DNA from: an uncultured delta proteobacterium
GTDB lineage: Bacteria; Desulfobacterota; Binatia; UBA9968
Length of the DNA: 64,000 bases
Assembly (NCBI GenBank): GCA_963771465.1
Contig: CAVYTU010000016.1
Span: forward strand, 1-64,000
Direction of reading: 5' to 3'
How positions within the stretch are numbered: position 1 is the first letter of the stretch; each line of letters starts with the position of its first letter. This document shows positions 57,528-64,000 of the stretch, piece after piece. Position numbers and translations under genes: made by a program. Under the pieces are notes generated by a model. It had not been told where the DNA came from and made no database searches. It saw only the letters and a list, made by a program, of their open reading frames with translations.

Positions 57528-58577
57528 ATGATTAACCGGAAAATCATCGCACTGATTGTCATCGCTTGCTCTCTCTATCTATTCGGATCGCCGTCGCGCG
57601 GCGCCGCCCAAGAGCCGTTCTACAAAGGCAAAACCATCCGCATTATCGTAGGCTTTACGCCCGGCGGTTTCTACGACCGCTGGGCCCGTCTATATTCGCG
57701 CTACATGCCGAAATACATTCCCGGCAGCCCGGAGATCCTGGTTCAGAATATGCCCGGCGCCGGTTCGCTGGTAGCGGCAAATCACGTCTATAACGTAGCC
57801 AAGCCCGATGGCCTGAGCCTGGTCATGACCCACTATAATTTTTACATGGACCAGCTCGTGGAGCGCAAAGAAGTCCAGTTCGACGCGCGTAAATTCGGCT
57901 GGATCGGTTCGCCGGTGAGTGAGACCGTCGTCATGTATATGCGCGCGGACGCGCCCTTTAAGACCATCCACGATATGATCAAGGCGAAAGAACCGGCCAA
58001 GTGCGGCTCCTCGGGAACGGCGAGCGGCGATTATATCTTATCGAAGATTTTGGAAGAGAGTGTCGGCGCGAAGATTCAAACCGTGTTGGGGTATCCGGGT
58101 GGCAGCGAAATCGACATGGCCGTCGAAAAGGGAGAAGTGGTGTGCCGCGCCCATAATATTTCCGCCCACTTCGGCCGCGAACCCTTCGATAGCTGGCACA
58201 AGAAAAATTTCGACCGGCACATCGTGCAGACCGGTATCAAGCGCGACCCGCGCATGACCGACGTGCCCACCGTCAACGAACTGTTTGAACAGTATAAAAC
58301 GCCGGATGTCACCCGCCGCGTCGCGCAGGTTTTACTGGCGGGTGGCGACTTCGGTAGGCCGATGATGGTGACGCCAGGCACGCCACCGGATCGCATAAAG
58401 ATTCTGCGCGCCGCCTACGACAAGGCGCTGAAGGATCCGGAGCTATTGCGCGAGGCGGAAAAAGGCAAGATGGACGTCGACCCGACCTCCGGCGAGGAGT
58501 TGGAAGCGCTCATCAAAAAGACTATGGAGCAGCCAAAAGAGGTAATAACCCGAGTGAAAAAGATGCTGGACGGCTGA
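57528..58577 (+). CDS. Tripartite tricarboxylate transporter SBP (TctC/Bug family)
   Basis: FYKGKTIRIIVGFTPGG, VQNMPGAGS and AKPDG. Confidence 0.92.
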   Translation: MINRKIIALIVIACSLYLFGSPSRGAAQEPFYKGKTIRIIVGFTPGGFYDRWARLYSRYMPKYIPGSPEILVQNMPGAGSLVAANHVYNVAKPDGLSLVMTHYNFYMDQLVERKEVQFDARKFGWIGSPVSETVVMYMRADAPFKTIHDMIKAKEPAKCGSSGTASGDYILSKILEESVGAKIQTVLGYPGGSEIDMAVEKGEVVCRAHNISAHFGREPFDSWHKKNFDRHIVQTGIKRDPRMTDVPTVNELFEQYKTPDVTRRVAQVLLAGGDFGRPMMVTPGTPPDRIKILRAAYDKALKDPELLREAEKGKMDVDPTSGEELEALIKKTMEQPKEVITRVKKMLDG

Positions 58578-58692
58578 TTTTGAAGTTTAACAAAAAATTG
58601 GCCTGCGGATGGCCATACTTGATGCTTGGACCAAGGAGATTTGCGGCTGATGCCTGACCGATGGCGACTTTGAGCAAAGGAGTGATGCAGTC

Positions 58693-59730
58693 ATGGGAAC
58701 GCACTGGCACAAGAAATTCTTCGCCGTGACGGCGGCGGTCCTAATGGTTGCCGGACCGGCGCAAACCGCCGTAGCAAAACTCGACTGTGGCCCGACTGTA
58801 AATCCCAGCAACGATCTCCCGCGCACGGTTGCGGTCGCTTCGAACTTGCCCGGCACCGGCGCGCACGCGATGGCTTCAGGCTTAGCCGCCGTCGCCAGTC
58901 GGGTGACGCAGATCTCCACTAAAGTTCAGCCCTACAATGGCCCCAACGCGTGGATGCCTTTGCTCGAAACCGGTGAAGTCGAGTTCGGCTTTATCAACAT
59001 TCTCGATGCGAATATGGCAGCTACCGGCACCGGCAACTATAAAAAAGCCTATCCAACTCTGCGCGTCGTTTCGGGTGGCGTCTTTCCCTTTACCGGCAGC
59101 CTTTTGGTGCGCGACAAGTCCGACATCAAGCGGCCGAGCGATCTCAGGGGCAAGCGCATGGCTTGGGATTTCGGCGGTCATGCGATCACTCAGACTTGGC
59201 AAAACGCCGCGATGGAAGTCAGCGGCCTAAAACCGAGCGACGTGACGCAAGTGCGTTTTTCCAACCTCAACGACGCAATACGAGCCGTTCCCGAAGGCAG
59301 AGTAGACGCGACGTTCGCCGCCATCGGCATCGGCATCAATGAAGAAGCCAATGCCACTGAGCCCATCCGATTCCTGAGTTTGCCGGCCGGCGACGCATCC
59401 AACAAGATTCTTGCCAAATACGGCGCATCGATCGTTCGGCAAGATCAAACTACCGGCATTCGCGGCGATACCGATGTGATCGGTTACGCGCTTCACGTCG
59501 CTTCTTCGACGAAGATCAGCGATCGGACCGTCTCAACATTGCTCAAAGCGTGGTGGGACAACCTCGCCGAACTGCACACCATTCATCCACAGTTCAAGAA
59601 GTGGACCAAGGACGTTCAGGCGATCACCAATTTTACCGTGCCGTATCACAGCGGCGCAGTGAAGTTTTACAAAGAGGCGGGTGTTTGGTCGGCGAAGCAC
59701 GACGCGCGCACCAAAGAGCTCTGCGGTTAG
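58693..59730 (+). CDS. TAXI-family TRAP solute-binding subunit (copy 1)
   Basis: Signal peptide; GTGAH, DLRGKR, HTIHP and VPYHSGAVKFYKE. Confidence 0.92.
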   Translation: MGTHWHKKFFAVTAAVLMVAGPAQTAVAKLDCGPTVNPSNDLPRTVAVASNLPGTGAHAMASGLAAVASRVTQISTKVQPYNGPNAWMPLLETGEVEFGFINILDANMAATGTGNYKKAYPTLRVVSGGVFPFTGSLLVRDKSDIKRPSDLRGKRMAWDFGGHAITQTWQNAAMEVSGLKPSDVTQVRFSNLNDAIRAVPEGRVDATFAAIGIGINEEANATEPIRFLSLPAGDASNKILAKYGASIVRQDQTTGIRGDTDVIGYALHVASSTKISDRTVSTLLKAWWDNLAELHTIHPQFKKWTKDVQAITNFTVPYHSGAVKFYKEAGVWSAKHDARTKELCG

Positions 59731-59738
59731 CAAAAGAA

Positions 59739-59772
59739 TGGTGTATCGGAGTAAAGGAGTGACGGAGTAATG
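59739..59772. repeat. GGAGTNN octamer family, single arm
   Basis: cggagtaa aggagtga cggagtaa running into the start codon. Confidence 0.65.
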
Positions 59773-60810
59773 AGTGGTACTGACTTTTGCAAAAAGCTAT
59801 CGGCGTCGTTGGCGGCGATTCTATTAGTCGTTGCGCAGTGTCAGATCGTTGAAGCCAAGCTCGACTGCGGGCCGACCACGAATAAGAGCATTCAACTGCC
59901 GCGCACCATCGCCATCGGCACCAATCCCGCCGGCACCGGCGCGCACGCGATCGCTTCGGCGCTGGCCGCGATCGCCAGCAAATCGACCCAGGTGTCGGCC
60001 AAGGTGCAGCCTTACAATGGCCCCAACGCGTGGATGCCATTGTTGGAAAGCGGTGAGATCGAGTTTGGCATCATCAACATTCTCGATTCGAACATGGCGG
60101 CGACGGGAACCGGCAATTACAAGAAAGCCCATCCGAGCATCCGCGTCGTCGCCGGCGGCGTGTTTCCATTTACCGCCGGACTGATCGTGCGCGACAGGTC
60201 TGATATCAAGCAGATGTCCGATCTCAAAGGCAAGCGCGTCGCGTGGGATTACGGCGGTCATGCGATCAATCAAACCTGGCAGAACGCCGTCATGGAAGCG
60301 AGCGGTTTGAAGTCCACGGACGTCAATCAAGTGCGCGTGTCGAACTTGAACGACGGTGTGCGCGCGGTGCCGGAAGGAAAAGTCGACGCGGCGTTTACGG
60401 CGGTCGGAATCGGCATCGTCGAGGAGGCCAACGCCATGGAGCCTATTCGCTTCATGAGCATGCCGAACACACCGGCGGCAAATAAGATTTTAGCGCGCTA
60501 CGGCGCCTCGGTGGTGAAGTCGGAGACGGCGACGGGAGTTAAGGGCGATACTTACGTGATCGGCTATCCGCTCCATTTGGCCAGCATGACCAACGTCAGC
60601 GACAAGACCGTGTTCACGATGTTGAAAGCCTGGTGGGATAATCTCGCGGAGTTGGAAACCATGCACCCGCTATTTAAAAAATGGCCCAAGGACAAGCAAG
60701 CGCTTACTAATTTCACCGTGCCCTATCACGCCGGCGCGGTGCAATTTTATAAAGAGGTGAAAATGTGGTCAGCGCCGCATGACGCGCGTACCAAGGAAAT
60801 TTGCCGATAA
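59770..60810 (+). CDS. TAXI-family TRAP solute-binding subunit (copy 2)
   Basis: Close paralog of copy 1 (KVQPYNGPNAWMPLLE shared). Confidence 0.92.
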   Translation: MSGTDFCKKLSASLAAILLVVAQCQIVEAKLDCGPTTNKSIQLPRTIAIGTNPAGTGAHAIASALAAIASKSTQVSAKVQPYNGPNAWMPLLESGEIEFGIINILDSNMAATGTGNYKKAHPSIRVVAGGVFPFTAGLIVRDRSDIKQMSDLKGKRVAWDYGGHAINQTWQNAVMEASGLKSTDVNQVRVSNLNDGVRAVPEGKVDAAFTAVGIGIVEEANAMEPIRFMSMPNTPAANKILARYGASVVKSETATGVKGDTYVIGYPLHLASMTNVSDKTVFTMLKAWWDNLAELETMHPLFKKWPKDKQALTNFTVPYHAGAVQFYKEVKMWSAPHDARTKEICR

Positions 60811-60861
60811 GAAGTTGCAGGATGCGGCGGGATTTAAGACAGTCGTTTTGTTCCTCTACTT

Positions 60862-62841
60862 ATGGATGAAGTACTGCTTTCAGAAGAAACCGCTCGCACG
60901 AGAGTGCTCAAAGGGCCGTTCGCCGCCATTACCCGCGCGCTGTTGATTCTTGTTCCCGTGCTCGGAGTGATATTTCTGCTCGAAGGACCACAGCGCATCG
61001 GCTGGCTCATTTTCGGTGAGCAGTATATGGGGCTGTTCTTAGCGATGACGTTGTGCGCGACATTCTTAACGGTCCCGGAGGGAACGTGGGGCCATAGCGA
61101 CACGGTGCCTTGGTACGACCTGCTCGCCGCCGTGGGCGGACTCGCGGTCGGACTTTACATCTTCGTTTTTTACCCCGGCATGGTTAATTCGTTGGGGGAA
61201 ATTCATCCCGACCGGGTGATTATGGGTTGCATCGCGGTGGTGCTGCTTGCCGAAGCGTCCCGGCGGCTGACCGGTTGGTCGCTGGTGATCATCGCGGCGA
61301 TCTTTCTCTTCTATGCTTTTTTCGCCTATTGGTTTCCCGGTCCGTTCTACGGCCGGGGCTGGACGGTCAATCGAATCGCGACTTATCTGTATCTCGACCG
61401 CAACGGAATTTTCGGCCAGTCTCTGGAAGTCGCCGCGGGAATCGTTCTGGTTTTCATCCTATTTGGCAATGCGCTCTATGCCATTGGCGGCGCGGCGTTC
61501 TTGACGGATTTTTCCCTCTCACTGATGGGCCGTTTTCGCGGCGGGCCTGCCAAGATGGCGATTGTGTCGTCGAGCTTGTTCGGCACCATCAGCGGCAGCG
61601 CCGTGGCCAACGTCGTAGTGGACGGCACGATGACTATTCCAATGATGAAAAAATCCGGCTACCCACCGCATATAGCCGCCGCCGTCGAAGCCACGGCATC
61701 GACCGGGGGACAGATTATGCCACCGGTCATGGGCGCGGCGGCATTTCTCATCGCGGAATATCTGCAGATGCCTTACTCTGAAGTGGCGCTGCGGGCCTTG
61801 GTGCCGGCCGTATTGTTTTATGTGGCGCTGTTCGTGCAAGTCGATCTGCTCGCCGGCAAGCACAAGCTTCGCGGTGTGCCTCGTGAGGAGTTGCCCAAGT
61901 TAGGTCCTGTCATGCGCAATTCGGCGGGCTTCTTGGTGCCGCTGGCGGTGCTGATCACGTTTCTCTTTTTCATTCCGAAGCGCCCCGAGGTTGCCGGACT
62001 GATAGCGACCGGCTCCTGTCTTGTCGTCGGCTGGGTGACGCCGGGCGTCAAACTGGGTTTGCGGGAGATCATCAACATGCTCGCCGATACCGGGCGCGGC
62101 TTGCTCGATATCGCGATCATCACCGGACTCGCCGGCATCATCATCGGCGTGTTGGCACTGACGAGTCTCGATTTCTCGTTGACCTTAGCGCTGTTAAATG
62201 TCGCGCAATCGAGCATTATTCTTTTGTTGGTCCTGACTGCAATCGTGAACATGGTGTTGGGTCTCAGTCTACCGACGACGGCGGTCTATATTCTGTTGGC
62301 GGTGCTGATCGGCCCGGCCTTGATCAAGGCTGGGATCATTCCGATTTCAGCACATTTGTTTATTTTTTATTTTGGTATGTTGAGCACCATCACACCGCCG
62401 GTTTGCTTGGCGGCCTATACCGCGGCTTCCCTCGCCAAGACCGATCCGATGAAAACCGGTTGGGAGTGCATGCGTTTGGGCGTGCTCGCTTACATCGTGC
62501 CGTTTATCTTCGCGCTATCGCCAAGCCTGCTTTTGATCGGCCCTTGGGAGAGCGTTGCGCCAACAATTTTTACGGCGTTGATCGCGACTTTTCTGTTGGG
62601 AGTGGGGTTGGTCGGTTATCTGTTTCGTCCCATTGGCGCGTTTCGGCGCTTGCTCTTTATCGTCACGGCCGCCGTTCTATTCGTTCCGATTATTCCATCA
62701 GGCAGTTTCGCTGTTATGAGCTGGTTAATTGACGGCTTCGGTCTAATGGCAGCGATTGCGTTAGTGACCACGGAATGGACGAGCCGGAGCAACGAAAAAG
62801 CGATCGGCGCGAATGAATCGGTAAGAGCACCGCTTAGCTAA
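60862..62841 (+). CDS. TRAP transporter fused permease (4TM/12TM, TAXI type)
   Basis: GGPAK, GTISGSAVANV, STGGQIMPPVMGAAAF and ITPPVCLAAY. Confidence 0.95.
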   Translation: MDEVLLSEETARTRVLKGPFAAITRALLILVPVLGVIFLLEGPQRIGWLIFGEQYMGLFLAMTLCATFLTVPEGTWGHSDTVPWYDLLAAVGGLAVGLYIFVFYPGMVNSLGEIHPDRVIMGCIAVVLLAEASRRLTGWSLVIIAAIFLFYAFFAYWFPGPFYGRGWTVNRIATYLYLDRNGIFGQSLEVAAGIVLVFILFGNALYAIGGAAFLTDFSLSLMGRFRGGPAKMAIVSSSLFGTISGSAVANVVVDGTMTIPMMKKSGYPPHIAAAVEATASTGGQIMPPVMGAAAFLIAEYLQMPYSEVALRALVPAVLFYVALFVQVDLLAGKHKLRGVPREELPKLGPVMRNSAGFLVPLAVLITFLFFIPKRPEVAGLIATGSCLVVGWVTPGVKLGLREIINMLADTGRGLLDIAIITGLAGIIIGVLALTSLDFSLTLALLNVAQSSIILLLVLTAIVNMVLGLSLPTTAVYILLAVLIGPALIKAGIIPISAHLFIFYFGMLSTITPPVCLAAYTAASLAKTDPMKTGWECMRLGVLAYIVPFIFALSPSLLLIGPWESVAPTIFTALIATFLLGVGLVGYLFRPIGAFRRLLFIVTAAVLFVPIIPSGSFAVMSWLIDGFGLMAAIALVTTEWTSRSNEKAIGANESVRAPLS

Positions 62842-62945
62842 AGCGGGCAGATTCAGTTGAGCGCCATCTATCTCAAGGAAGACGACGCAGTGGAATTGGC
62901 ATTACTGGCGTAGCGTTACTAATCACTCAACTACTTTGGCGCCGA

Positions 62946-63380
62946 TCACTTCATGCCATCGCAGATCGGCGCGAATTGTTGCAGGTCGATGACGCCGTTG
63001 GTTTGAACGACTGATTTGAATTCCGCGCCGAGAGTGAGTGGATTTTCACTCGCCGCACGGAGAAATCCGACGATCATCTGGCCGGGCTTCGGCTGCTCTT
63101 CCACTTTGACGATGTAACGATAGTTGCCGCGTTGGATCGCCAATGTGCGCACACTGCATAAAAGAAAAAACGACGAGTCCACCGAAGAGCCAATTTTCTT
63201 GATGTCGATTTGCAGCACCGACGCGCGCGGACGCCGGTCAATTTCTCTGACGACGATATCCATCTTGCCATCGCCCAAGCGCTTTGAGTCGGATTCGAAA
63301 AGTTGACCGTGCGCCGGCGGGCCTACGAATAGTGCCAAGTTGATGAAAGCAACGCGCAGGAGCTTAGCCATTGACCGCAT
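62946..63380 (-). CDS. Secreted hypothetical protein
   Basis: Signal-peptide-like N-terminus ending AHG; two Cys; start uncertain. Confidence 0.65.
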   Translation of the reverse strand: MRSMAKLLRVAFINLALFVGPPAHGQLFESDSKRLGDGKMDIVVREIDRRPRASVLQIDIKKIGSSVDSSFFLLCSVRTLAIQRGNYRYIVKVEEQPKPGQMIVGFLRAASENPLTLGAEFKSVVQTNGVIDLQQFAPICDGMK

Positions 63381-63400
63381 CGGAGTCCTAGTCGAGGCGC

Positions 63401-63994
63401 TCACTGCACAACGACGGCTTCGCCAAGATTGACGATGACTTCGCGAATATTGGCGGGAAGGTCAAAAGGCTTCTCCAGGTCGATACCGTTAGGATTGCTG
63501 CGGCTGCGCGTGTACGTGGCGAGCATTTCCTGGACGAGAGATTTAGGCAACGGTATGCCGTTCACCTCCGCCGACTGAAGTTTGAATTGGCCTTGGCCGC
63601 CGCGGGTGATGAGATCGCCGCGCACGAGCACGGGAATCTTGCCGCCGAAGAAATTTAAAGGCCCGGCGTTGCTTCGTTTGCTGCGCTTGCGCTTGAATTC
63701 GTCGACATCGACGACCACCCGCGCGGTGAGGCGAAAATTACTCAGCAGTCTTACTTCAGGCTCGGTGATGCCACTGGGAATTTTGTCTTTGAAGTTGACT
63801 CTGAGCGCGCTGTTCACTTCAGCTTCCGAGAATGCGGTGGTTTTGGCCGGCACCGGGGTTTGCTGGCCGTTGGCGATCACTGCATCGATTTTTTCTTGGA
63901 GCCGGTCGCGGCTTTCGACTGGCGTCTTGGCGGTGTCTACGCCGCTACAACTTAGCGTTACGGCCAGCATAGTTAGAGCCGTGCAGCGAGACAT
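63401..63994 (-). CDS. Putative lipoprotein (LmeA/DUF2993-like appearance); true start may lie beyond the window
   Basis: Lipobox-like TLSC; FSEAEVNS and EVNGIPLP. Confidence 0.6.
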   Translation of the reverse strand: MSRCTALTMLAVTLSCSGVDTAKTPVESRDRLQEKIDAVIANGQQTPVPAKTTAFSEAEVNSALRVNFKDKIPSGITEPEVRLLSNFRLTARVVVDVDEFKRKRSKRSNAGPLNFFGGKIPVLVRGDLITRGGQGQFKLQSAEVNGIPLPKSLVQEMLATYTRSRSNPNGIDLEKPFDLPANIREVIVNLGEAVVVQ

Positions 63995-64000
63995 GGAACG

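Noticed and set aside
17451-59772. Tandem repeats as a CRISPR array
   Set aside because: Units are 6-9 bp and contiguous, with no unique spacers and no cas genes

Overview
A 64 kb, GC-rich bacterial chromosomal window made almost entirely of catabolic and transport genes. It holds six intact NMT1/THI5-like ABC solute-binding proteins, other SBPs (TctC, two TAXI), LLM oxidoreductases, amidohydrolases, MFS transporters, a CoA-transferase, a thiolase/DUF35 pair and others. This gene content suggests a Binatia/Binatota-like ('Deltaproteobacteria') MAG; that assignment is inference. I saw no rRNA, tRNA, CRISPR array, integrase or intact transposase. Structure not explained by the ORF track: (1) a guanidine-III (ykkC-III)-like riboswitch variant at about 56243-56296 that overlaps an intrinsic terminator and precedes an enolase-superfamily/TctC/TAXI-TRAP gene run; (2) about 15 intergenic short-period (6-9 bp) tandem repeats, many as inverted arm pairs with the same polarity; (3) repeated displaced 3'-gene remnants (comM, two SBPs, an M24 peptidase, and a decayed copy of the neighbouring dipeptidase's 3' end flanking a single inserted gene); (4) an RRE(PqqD)-M50 site-2-protease fusion lacking the catalytic Glu, next to a cNMP-binding protein and a desaturase; (5) two exported SlyD-type FKBPs; (6) a lower-GC island of two secreted alpha/beta-hydrolase paralogs plus LysR. 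All family assignments are from motif recognition by eye; no database search was run.
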